A stretch of 64,000 nt of DNA, from assembly GCA_020137815.1 (NCBI GenBank), contig CM035360.1, positions 1,922,001-1,986,000 on the forward strand. The letters run 5' to 3'. A program made the position numbers and the translations under genes. Below the pieces are notes generated by a model that made no database searches, had not been told where the DNA came from, and saw nothing but the letters and a program-made list of their open reading frames with translations. Source of the DNA: Hormiphora californensis. Its lineage: Eukaryota; Animalia; Ctenophora. Every line of letters begins with the position of its first letter. The first letter of the stretch is position 1. Shown here one piece after another: positions 52,961 to 64,000 of this stretch.

Positions 52961-53960
52961 AGCTTCGAGAAAAGGTTACGAGTTATGATACAAAACGTCG
53001 GGAAGGACGAAATGTGCGCGAAAAAGAAAGAAAAGTCCAAAGAACTTTTTTTTTTGGAGCTGGAGTCTTCTTGGATGGCGCGGCGCCAAATTTGAATTTT
53101 CGAATGCTTGTTGCGCTGCAACAAATTGTAACGCGCGGTGAAATGCCGCTTGTCGCGCGCGTACCCTTTTCAATCTCGCGATCGAGTTTTTTCCCAAAAG
53201 TTTAAAATTTAAATTTGCAAAAATTTGAAATTGTTTCGTGACGAGTGTCGTCCCCCTGTCGTCCCTGTCCGGGTGTCCGCGGACACCCAGACCAAAAAGA
53301 CGGAGAGAGAAAAGAAGAAAAAATGGAAAAAAACAAAAAGAATTTGAAAAAAATCGGTGAAAACTGCGAAATTTTGGATTTGCGCGCAGCCGGGTGTCCG
53401 GAGCTCTGGCTGACACCCAGGTTCACTGCGCGCACCTGTAACGCACGGCAGAGCATAAAGAAGGTTCTTCCGCGCGCCACAGTGCATTTTGACATGACGA
53501 GGGTGTCCGGTTCACCCAGAAAGTTGTGTGCGCGCGGATGAGTTTTTTTTTGTTGTGATCAGAAAACTTTCATCTTTGTTTCCATTTTTCACAAAAGGAG
53601 TTCAGAAATGCTTAAAATCGTTTAAAAACGCCTCAAAATGTCCGAAATTTTCGGGGGGCTTCGCCCCCTCAACCCCCACCGGGGCTTGCAGCCCCTGGAC
53701 CCTGCCTGCGGGGGCTCTGCCCCCACACCCCCTGACCGAGGCTACCGCCCCTGGCCCCGGACACCCAGGAACTTGCTGGGCCCAAGGCCCAGCGCCGTCC
53801 CTGCCCTGTATCTCACCATTTTCCCACGTTAAGAGAAATTCATATTGATTTTCTCAGATTTATATGTAACAAAAATGAGTTATGTCTGATTTCTTACTAA
53901 CATTCGTGAATCGGTGACGGTCTGGCAGCAAATTTCATTGTGGAAAACTAACTGACTGAT
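52961..53960. promoter_or_regulatory. Candidate bidirectional promoter region between XAB2 and the plus-strand gene
   Basis: Only divergent gene junction in the window; CpG-rich (many GCGCG); includes GC-rich repeat-like sequence at 53250-53810. Confidence 0.5.
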
Positions 53961-54032
53961 CTCCCTAGCCTATTCAAGGGTTCCCGCTAAGTTGAAGAAG
54001 TCAGAATTAGAAATGGAGATGCGGCAAAGTTG

Positions 54033-57000
54033 ATGGCATCAACCGTTCCTCGCATTGAAACTAAAGATAAACCCTCCACCCCTTCTAAAAAGTAAGGATC
54101 ATTTGAAAATTTTGAAAAGACACGATAAGTAACTCGTTCTTCTTTTTATAGAAACCCAAAAAAGCAAGTAAAAGTAACCGAGGAATGTCCGACCTACTAC
54201 GAAGATGAAGCCAAGAAGGGAAAACAACTTTACTCGATCCTCTCCAAGTACGGTCCCACTCAACACTGATTGTTGATTGTGCCCCCACCTAATTTATTTT
54301 GGTCCTAACATTTATATTTTGTTATCAGATCTGAGACCTGATTATTAATATCTCCACCTGTCAGTAACATGTTTTCCTCCTCAGGTATGTGTGCTATGTG
54401 CCCCAAACTCGACACAGTTTCCTCCGTCAAACGTCCCCTCACACCCATTGGAAAAGCACAGGGCAGCCCTATCTTATGTGGTATGACTATACGACCCGGT
54501 TACACGCTCAGAAAACACAACTGAGCCTCCTGAAGAAACTTTATAATCAAAAGTAAGTAACTATTGTGTTACTGCATGTTACCATGCTACAATGGTAACT
54601 TTTCAAATTATGAAGTTGAGGATCCCAGATTTACATTTTGTTGTCATAACAGATTAACTCATCTTATCTCACCATCGTATCTCACCAGATACTACACGGT
54701 TCAGTTTCTATTTAAATTGAAGCAAGTACTGGCGCTACAAAGAGAAGTCGAGAGTAGTGTGTGTTACTTTGCTAGTTTCAGTCTTACCGCTGATACCTCC
54801 AAACTACCCAAGATCAACGTGCTATGCAAACAGGTAATTAAATGTTAATTATTGTAATTAATATATACTGCTGTCACTCAACATTAATAATGTAGAGTGT
54901 GTTTTAGTATTGCTGCAGAGTGTAGACTGTAGATCAGGGCTTGTAGTGTGTCTGCATCTGCAACAATAATGGGACAGGGGGTCTACTATAAATAATGGGA
55001 CAAGGGGGTCTACCAGAAATAATGGGACAGGGGGTCTACTATAAATAATGGGACAGGGGGTCTACTATAAATAATGGGACAGGGGGTCTACTATAACAAA
55101 TAATGGGACAGGGGGTCTACTATAAATAATGGGACAGGGAGGGGTATACTATAAATAATGGGACAGGGAGGGGTCTACTATAAATAATGGGACAGGGGGT
55201 CTACTAGAAATAATGGGACAGGGGGTCTACTATAAATAATGGGACAGGGAGGGGTCTACCCCGGAAATACACCTCTCCCTGGATCAACCCTTGTGTGAGA
55301 GGGTAGAGCAAAGAAAGATCAACCCTCACCTGCACCAGTATTTCCCAACTCGCAACAAACTCAAACCCCACCTACTGTTTCAGATTGTCAGTTTACTGAA
55401 CGACCTGCAATCCTGCTCCCATGAAAAGATATCCAAGATCCTTGATAGAAGTGCCTCTGTCACTGCCTTCCTCGCCCGATACAAATCTCTTTTTGATGAC
55501 GTCACTTATGACCTCATCCAGTGTGCCAGGACAACCCGACAAATCATCCTTAACGAGCTGAAGTTCTGCTACTTGTTCTCAAACTTCCGATCCCGGGTCT
55601 ACGGGGGTGTTGATTACGTTGTTCAGTTTAATGATATTGCCTACCATCCTGTGTTTTCGGGAGTTACTGATCTTGTTATCTATCTGGATACGGTGGTGGA
55701 GGTGAACTGCGATACCGCTACTGCTTACATTGCAAGGTTTGTGAATTTGCAGGAACCGACCGAATCAGGAAATACTGGTCCCTGATTGGCTGATAACCAG
55801 TCACGTGACCTAAATAAAGAGTTCTGATTGGTTGTTTACTTGTTTCGGTCGGTTCCTGTGAATTTGTAATCAATGTATCAATAATTATACATAGCAAGGT
55901 AATCAGTGTACAAGGTTTGTTTGTCTAAAAGTCGAAAGTCCCCTACTTTTGTATATTGTCTTTCTGTCCCTTTGGGAATCCAAATTGTGTCACGTTTCTA
56001 AGCCACGCGGCGCTAGTATAGAAGAACCCCAACCCCCAACCACTGAACGATCCCCACCACTGCACACCCTAAACTCTCCAGCCTAAAACCCCATCACAGA
56101 ACACCCTAAACTCTCTCTCTAAAACCCCATCACAGAACACCCTGAACTCTCTCTAAACTCTCTCTAAAACCCCATCCCCCCAGGTCGTTCCACCAGAAGA
56201 TTCTAACAGTTCACAACAAGTCCCTACCCGTAATAGACCCGGGAAGTAGCCCTGCATCGGTGCTGGCCAACATTCGGAGTTGTGGGAGTTGCATGAAGCA
56301 GGGACACTTTCTACACAGCTACTGTTTTAACAAGAAAACACAATTCTTGGACGCGGTAAGAGATCAGCTTACAGTGCTGCTTGTAGTCGTATTACCGTAA
56401 TAGAAATACAGTAATGAGACACGCACGTTGCATAACGCGCGGCAGAAAGTGCATGTGTTCAGCACGTACTAGCGCCCTGATTGGCCACGGTTGCGTGTCG
56501 TCTTACTGTATCTCAGTTTTCCATTACCGTTTTCCCACTACAAGCGACCGTGTTAGTTTGATAATTGATAAGGGTATTTGTTAGGACCATCTAGGAGTAA
56601 ATTCCGTTATCTCCCTCACCCCTAATAACTCACCCCACTCCCCAGATGTCGGTCATGCTCCAAGGAGCAGGGGAACACAGAGTCAGTAGTCGATCAGACA
56701 TGTGTACCTCAAACTATGTGGAGGAGCGAATGTCACGTGACCTTTTGAGGGCCCTCTACAGACTCTGCAGCTCCAGTGTGTTTTACGAGACAAGACTGCA
56801 GGCAAACACAAACGTACCAGGGGTAAGAAGATTATTTTGGTTATTTTGGTTATTTTTCCATGACTATTTTTATATTTAATTTGTTACAGATTTGATTATT
56901 GTTAAGTGTATACACGTATTTATATTCAGGCCGATGTTGGCCGCCACCCCCCTTTTTCTTTCCCTTATTTTTCCATGTTGGTTTAGTTTGATTCGTGATG

Positions 57001-59149
57001 TTCTTAACCAACTCCTTCCATGTTTCTCAAGTGCTCTCTGTCACATATTGGGCCTCCTGCATAAAACTATACCTTATATGGCCCTTTTTCTCGATTCGAT
57101 CGCTATCCAATTTTCCCACCTCTACGTCTCGCCTTCTTGAGGTAACCAGTTTGGGTTGTTAAACCCTCATCTAGAATTCGCAATATCCCAGGCCCCAGTG
57201 GGCTACTAGTTTTATGTGGTTTTGATACCAAATCAGCTCCTGAAACCACCCCTGTTTTCCAAATGTTAGGGTTAGAACATAACAAATCAGCTATTAAACA
57301 TAACCCACTGCTGCAACCCCCCTGTTTTCCTGGTTGGGTACAAAAATAACAAAGGGGCCCTGATTGGTAATACCAGCAGAAACATAATCAGTAAATCAGT
57401 TAGCGTGTACTCTCTCTCGTCAGGAAATAGACTGAGTGTATTGATTATACAACTTGGTGTAGTGAGAGTGAGGTAGTGGAAAGAGAGTGTGCACGTCAAG
57501 TGAGAGAGAGAGGGAGAAAAAAGAAAAAAGAGAGAGCCCCCTGGTCCCCCTAGTTTAGAGCGCAACCAGAGGCCTCTCTGTTTGACTATTACAAATTAGA
57601 ACACCCGCGGCACTAAACATCCAGTGTACAGTACCAGTGTATACCAGTACATTGTCCCTTTACAAGTCCTCATCCTCTCATGAGGCAATCAATGTTCAGT
57701 GTACAATGTAAATGGCAATGTGTAGAGTCCAATCGACTAAAGAAGAAAGGATCAATATGCGAACTATAATTCCGGACCCTTTAGTCTACAATATCAGTTA
57801 AATCAGAGGTGTCAAACACATTCTTCTCCAGCTTCTAACACAATTCTCTTCTCCCTAGGGTCGGAGCCTGGTATCCGTGGTCCACGAACAGTATCTCGAC
57901 ATGACCAGGAAATCATCTAGGAGGAGATGGGAAGAGAACTTCTCAACTGTTATCTACTCCTACACCTCCCGCTCCCTTCCCGTCTCCTGGAGGGCTTGTG
58001 ATGCTCTGCCCTGCTTGGAGCTGACCCTCAGGAAACTAGAAACAAGTAAGAGATAGAGACTAGAGAGATAGAGAGGGAGAGGGAAACTAAATTTGTAAAG
58101 ATTAAATCTCATTGCATACAGTACCTACTATCTGCGATTCTTAGATAATTCTCCATTATTTGAATATTATTCAAAAAGCTCTTACATCTATAGAACTAAG
58201 AGATGCCATGCTTGAATGACGCACGTTCGGCTAGACGAAATTCATCATGGGGACTCTATAATAGACTGAGAGAAAGAGAGAGAAATTATTATAAATTTCG
58301 TAATACTACCATTACACTCTCAATTCTTTTTTTACTGAAAGCAAAATTTCCAAGAACATCGTTTTGAAAAAGAGTTCCTTCGAGCCAACCAAAGTTCAAC
58401 AACTACCCCTAAACTTTAAGTGCATTTACTTGTAATCTGTAAAGGCAATTCTATTCAAAGATTTGCCTAGTATAGCTAGACTGTGTTTCGCGCGCCCCGC
58501 CCGTGAAATGTAATGAAGGGTTAGAACATAACAATCAAAGATTGGGGCTTATAGTTGTTAAATATTGGTCAGCTCGATGATCATTTACAGATAATTATTA
58601 TTCCATTTTATAGGTTACTATTCTGAGGTGACGGCGTCCCTGCTCAGGAAACTAAAACTCGATCAGCTAACTATTCAATCTAATAGAGGTAAGAAAATCA
58701 CTTCTTGGAATATTAATACTAATAAAGTACGTATCTTGCCTCTCCCAAATTATCTAATAGAGGTAAGAAAATCACTAAAAAACCGCTCACTTCTTGGAAT
58801 ACTATCTTGCCTCCCTAATTATCACATGTAGCTCTCTACAATGCAGAGTACAAGTTATGCAGCTCTATTCACATACAGTATAGCCGATGGGTCTATTGTT
58901 ACTATTGGAACTAAAACAATTGAGCACTCACTGCCTGTCTGTCTGTCTGTCTTTATGTCTGTCTAATGTCTATCTGTACATGTCATTAATTCTTGATGCG
59001 CTTATCTAATAAATCTCGATAATAAATAATGACTCATTTGTGTTCTTCCCACGAAAAGTGCAATTACTTCCTTTGTCACAACGTTCTCTCACTCAGTTAC
59101 AAACTTTACTCTGAGTAGTAGTACACTTCTTCTGTCATCATTAGATAAT

Positions 59150-59216
<67 letters not shown>

Positions 59217-62200
59217 GAGGATCTGCATCACTCTCACGCTCTACTGCTCTCGTCGTCCTCTCGTCGAGATTTCTCCTCCTCTGCTCTCTCTCTCCTTCCA
59301 TCTCTCTCTCTCTCTCCTCTCGCTCTCCTCCTGCTCTCTCTACCTGCTCTCGTCTGCTCTCCTTGTCTCTCTTCTCTCTCTTTCTCTCTCTCCTCTTTCC
59401 TGCTTCCTTTCTATTTCTTTCTCCTCTTCTTTTTCTCTCCCCCTCTCTCGCCCTCCTTTTCTTCTCCCCCCCTTCCTCCTTTTCCTTTTTTTTCCCTTGG
59501 GGAAACCGGTTCCCAGGGGAAATTTTAAAGTTTTTTTGTGGAAACTTCTGATTTTTTTTTAAAAACTAAAAAAAACACCTGTTTATATATTCACCCGTAT
59601 CAAATCGCACTAAAAATTGCATTTTCCCCTCTGCCCCCCCAAATTATGGTCATTTTTTTTCCGAGAAAAATCAAAAAGGGAAAAAAACCTTGGAAAGAAA
59701 ATAGTGATACGTTTAATTTTTTTCATATTTTCTTCAAAAACTTTCTTTTTACAAACTCACATCCTTTTTTCCCCCCAAGGGAAAAAATACGTTTTCCCAT
59801 TCCCCCCCACCCCCCCTTCTCTTTCCCTTTCCCCTTTTTAACCCCCCCCTTTCTCTCTTTTCCCATTTCCCCCCCCTTTTCTCCAAATTCCATGAAAAAC
59901 CAAAACCAATGACTATCATGTGTACCGCTTTGGAAATCCAAATGTTTGCTTTTTTCCCCAATTAAAAGATTAAAAATCAAAGCCGTAATTGGGGCGCAAA
60001 CCTATAAAAACTACAAAAACCCCGACACACACAGATTTACTGACTGAGCTGAGGTCGCAGATTATAAATGTAACATGACACCCTCGTACACACACGCATA
60101 TTGGTAGCAAGTCGAGAGAGGTGCCTACACAAAGATCTAAATCTCTCCTTTTCTCTCCCAAATTAAATCGTTTGATTTACTTAGTTCAACCTGTCCAATC
60201 TCTGTCTAATTCCATACATTTTGAACTGAGACAAAAATGGTTATATAACGAAATACTCAACAAGAATATATATTGAAAATCGTTTCTCTTGTCAACCCCC
60301 CCCCCAGAAGGGGCAATAAGGAAAAGTGTAAAGACTCTTTTATAAAAAAAGTCCCAAAGTCCTGGGCTTTTATTTAAAAAATCTGTAAAGAGATAATTTT
60401 CCAAAATACTCGACAGTGTTTTGGAAACCCCCCTTTAACTATCGAAAACGAGAAAATATATATCGTTTTTCGCAAAGGGACTATCCAAAATTTCGTTTTC
60501 CCCTATGCCCTCCCTCTCTAGATTTAGATACCCTAACATATGCTTGGGGGGAAATCTTTTTTTGGAAAAAAATACCCCCCTGTCATTCAAAAACCCCCTG
60601 TATCTGGATGGGGGGAAATTTCCCCCCAAATTTTTTTTTAAAGGAAACTTTTTTATACCTTAAAAAAAAAATTTTCTTTTTTTTTTTTTCCCTTTTTCTT
60701 CCCCCGGGTTTTCCCCCGGGGAAAAATTTTTCCCTTCACCCCTTTCTTCTCTTTTTTTTTTAACCCCCCCCCCTTTTTTTTTTCCCCTTCAATACCATAA
60801 AAACCCTAAATTTTTAGTGTCCCGGGGGCCTTAAATTTTTGGGGGGGAAAAAATCCAAAATAAAGCAAAAGGGGGGGGTTTTTTTTAAACCAAAACCCAA
60901 AGTTTTTCTCGGGGGGAAAGGCGGATTTTTTCGGGGTCAGATGCGAACCTGCCCCCCTTTGGGCTCGGAAGGTCCTCCAAAAAATTTTTTTTTCCCCAAA
61001 TTAAAAATTTTGATTTTTTTTAAACGAAGCAAATTTAAATTTTGTGGAAAAAGGGTTTTAAACGAAATCCCGTTTTTAAAAAGGTTTCCTTTGACCCCCC
61101 CTATTTTAAAATTCGTTTTTGCCCTTTTAAAAATTTAAATTTGGGTTTGCAAGAATTTTTTTTTCCCGGTTTCTGGGGGTTGGAGGGTTGCAAAAAAAAC
61201 GGAAAAATTTTTTTTTGGGAATTTTTTTTCTTTTTAAATGAACCTTAATTTTAATCCCTCTTGCTTTTTTTGTTCCCCTTTTTTTTTTTTGGGGAAAAGG
61301 GGGGTTCCAAAAAGGCCCCTTTCCCCCCTCCTTGTTTGTTCCTCTTGCCCTCCCCCCCCCCCCCCCTTTTTAGTTTTTGTTAGGGTTTTTCTTTTTGGGC
61401 GGGGGGTTTTTCCCCTGGGGGTTTTTGGCCCTGAATTTTTTCCCTGGGCCCTGTTGGGGGGGGGTGTGGGTTTAAAGGGGAAAAAACCCCCTTTTTGGCC
61501 CCAAAAGGGAAAACTTTTTGGGGTTGAGGAATTTTTGGGGAAAGGGGGGGGGGGGGGGGGGGGAAAGGGGGAGGGAAAAAGGGGGAGGGGGGGGAGGGGG
61601 GAGGCGGGCCCAGGCGTTTTGGGCCTTCCTGTGGGGGTCCTCTTCCTCCTTTTTTTTTCCCCTTCCCCTTTCCTCTCTCTCCCGTTTTTGGTTTTCTCCG
61701 CCCGGGCCCTTTCCCCAATTTCAAAAAAAATTTTGGGGGATTTTAAAAAATTAAAATTTAAACCCCGGGGGAAAAGGAAAATTTTTAATTTCAAAAAAAA
61801 ATTTTCCCCCCCTTTTTTTGGGGGGGTTTGGAAATTGACCGGTCTACAAAATTAAGGAACATTTGTCTTTTTTGGGGATTCCAGAGGTAGAGCCAGAGAT
61901 AAGATGAGAGAGTAAGGACCCGGAGAAAAAGAAAAAAGGAGGGAAGTACTCGTAGTTAGTTATAATAGCTCTCCTTCTGTAAAGTTCCGTGGTAACAAAA
62001 CTCTCCCTTTTAAAACTTTTTATTCTTGGAGAGAAAACCAAAAATATATCTAACTGATACAATGATAAGATTTTTCAAAAAAAAGGGAAAATTTAAAAAG
62101 AGAAAAGGGGAAATCTTTAAAAGCTCTAACTTGGGCAACCCCCGACAAGCAGCGACAAATTAGCGGTTTTTTTTTAAAAGAAAGGACGAGGGGGGGGGAA

Positions 62201-63749
62201 ATTTTCCCATTTAGTCCCTGTAATCCGTAAATTTTAATACGGGGGATTCATTTTCTCCCCATTTTCAGGGTTCACAGAAAAACCCCAAATTGGGAGCAGT
62301 TTTTGGTGACCCTATTGTCTCTATTTAAGCTTGTATTTCGATTTTGAAAGGTAAACAAAATAAACAATTGATATTAGTTACTTTTAGATCCAATTCCCTT
62401 ATATTTTCTTGTCTCCCATCCCCTTCCACCCTTTAGGTCATAACCAACAAACTTTTACAGGGTACTGCAAAAATGCAGCCAAGATTGTGCAATTGGAAAG
62501 TGGTCGAAATCCTTTCTCTCCCTGTATGAAGCTATTTCCTTCCTAGATACTCTACACAAGCAACTTACTTACACGGGTAACACACACACGCCCCTCCGTG
62601 TCACTCTATCGCTAATCGAATATCCCCTCGCCCCCTTACACCCGCCCTTTCCTCAGAGGACTGTACAGTTCCCTCCTACCTGCTGAGATCACTGGAGGGA
62701 GAAATATCGGCCGCTAAATCATCCATCCAACTCCTGAAGGTATATGACACACAACTTACATCACACTGCAGCACCTGTTCCTACCATGGACCTGGATTTG
62801 AACGGTCTTCGTTAACGTAGCGCGCGAAGGAGCGAGTGTGGAGGAAGTCGCGCGGTGAATTCAACCGCGCGCTTCTTCCATTTCCACATTTTCCGATTTT
62901 GCGCTGACAAGGGTCGGGCAATTGACTTTTATGTCTGAGCTCAGAGATCAGAATTGGTCTCTACTTGTAGCTCTATTTAAATCTATCACCCCAGGAACTA
63001 CTGGAAAGAACAACAAACTCTCTAGAAGAGCCGATTAGGAACAAGATTAGAGACAAATTCTCTGATGTCTTGCCCGGAGCAACATTTTGGAAAGGAGAAT
63101 CATTTGGTACGTCACTATCCAACTACAAATGTTTTGATCGATTTTAACAGATTTCAATTTCTTTGACATTTTTCCAAATCATATCTTGTTCCACCCAATC
63201 ATATCTCAGGTACAGAAATGACGAACTGTTTCGTGTCCCTTGCCAAGTTGGTTGAGGGCCTGGTGTCTGATTGTGCCACCCTCCCCGACATTACCAAGTC
63301 CCGGGTTCACCTTATAATCGTGGAGAAAATGGCACAAGCCATTCTAGTGTTGCTGATTAATAACAAGAAAATACAGTACAGGTTTGAAACTGTGATTTGA
63401 AATTCAAATACTAGTCCCTAAGTTCTGCTGTCAGAGCATTGGCCTGACGTGGCTTCCTCCCGCCGACCTGCCCTTATTCTCATTTCTTTCACGCGGAGTG
63501 AGAACCGCGGTCAGAGCTGACATACGTTCTATTGTTATACTTGTTATGAAACTCACACCCACTTGTTCCAACAGTTCTGCGGGTGCCAAAAAGTTGGAGC
63601 GAAATGTGCAGGATTTGATGGATCAACTGAGAGGTCAAGTACCGACCCTGGGTGCCACTCCACTAATCCTAACTCTGAGGAACGATCTGAATAATCTGGT
63701 CAGCAAACGGAGCAAAACCTGCACTTGTAACAGCCGAGGTAAAGATTGA
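54033..63749 (+). CDS. CCDC142-like multi-exon gene (middle partly in low-quality sequence; 3' end uncertain)
   Basis: Phase-consistent exons from ATG 54033 (then ~54152, ~54385, ~54690, ~55384...). C-terminal exons LPGATFWK..LVEGLVSDCATLP..KIQYSSAGAKKLERNV align in spacing with CCDC142 MPRGRYWR..VLEPVLQGLQGLP..IRFSLQGALQLKQDF (recalled, not searched). Confidence 0.55.
54965..55259. repeat. ~27-30-bp intronic minisatellite (~10 copies)
   Basis: Unit AATAATGGGACAGGGGGTCTACTATAA. Confidence 0.95.
55750..55858. mobile_element. 109-bp hAT-like MITE with perfect 8-bp TSD
   Basis: CAGGAACCGACCGA...TCGGTCGGTTCCTG flanked by TGAATTTG on both sides. Confidence 0.92.
59220..62300. other. Probable low-accuracy consensus segment
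   Basis: Sequence dominated by homopolymer runs, starting right after a (GA)n tract; ORFs are F/K/G/P-rich artefacts. Confidence 0.8.
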
Positions 63750-64000
63750 TAGGTTTCACTGTCAGTTAGGTGTTGTGTTCAATCGAACGTGGACCCCAGG
63801 CCCATGTGTAAGGGAAATTTTGGTCGTGAATGGTACCAAATTACCGCCGCACCCAACTTAGACCACATCCTATGATCATACCGCCCCATCTAACGCATAC
63901 CCTCTCTTCATTACGTCATCTCGATAGGTACCTTACCGTCCCTTCATTTAACTACTACCATGACCCCCCCCCCCCCCCCCAGTTGCCTAGCTAGACTCTG

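Noticed and set aside
59220-62300. G-quadruplex-like or F/K/P/G-rich ORFs
   Set aside because: Homopolymer-inflated, low-accuracy sequence; not interpretable.

Overview
Intron-containing animal genomic DNA with dense (AG)n microsatellites and many MITEs. It is probably a ctenophore: the 109-bp MITE translates to [35 protein letters not shown], a spurious peptide I recall from Pleurobrachia gene models (recalled, not verified). Manual exon assembly gives a run of co-oriented minus-strand genes: XAB2/SYF1, a possibly mitochondrial (mS26-like?) gene, an apparently intronless ~1950-aa multi-pass membrane protein broken by four +1 frame changes, TIMM29, USP30, a CXXC1/CFP1 homologue with no visible CXXC finger, UFD1 and a C2H2 zinc-finger gene. 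A CCDC142-like gene is transcribed divergently on the plus strand. The most unusual signal is that introns in eight different genes carry tandem or near-tandem copies of their own splice junction, including exon bases, and several copies regenerate AG|GT or AG-6nt-GT cassettes. The extremes are USP30 intron 1 (exactly 20 x 22 bp + GTAG) and the last UFD1 intron (about 14 copies of its acceptor junction). Tight spacing and splice acceptors just upstream of the start codons suggest an operon-like, trans-spliced cluster. Regions ~10.3-12.4 kb and ~59.2-62.3 kb look like low-accuracy consensus, so single-base claims need read support. Exon coordinates were read by hand and may be off by a few bases.
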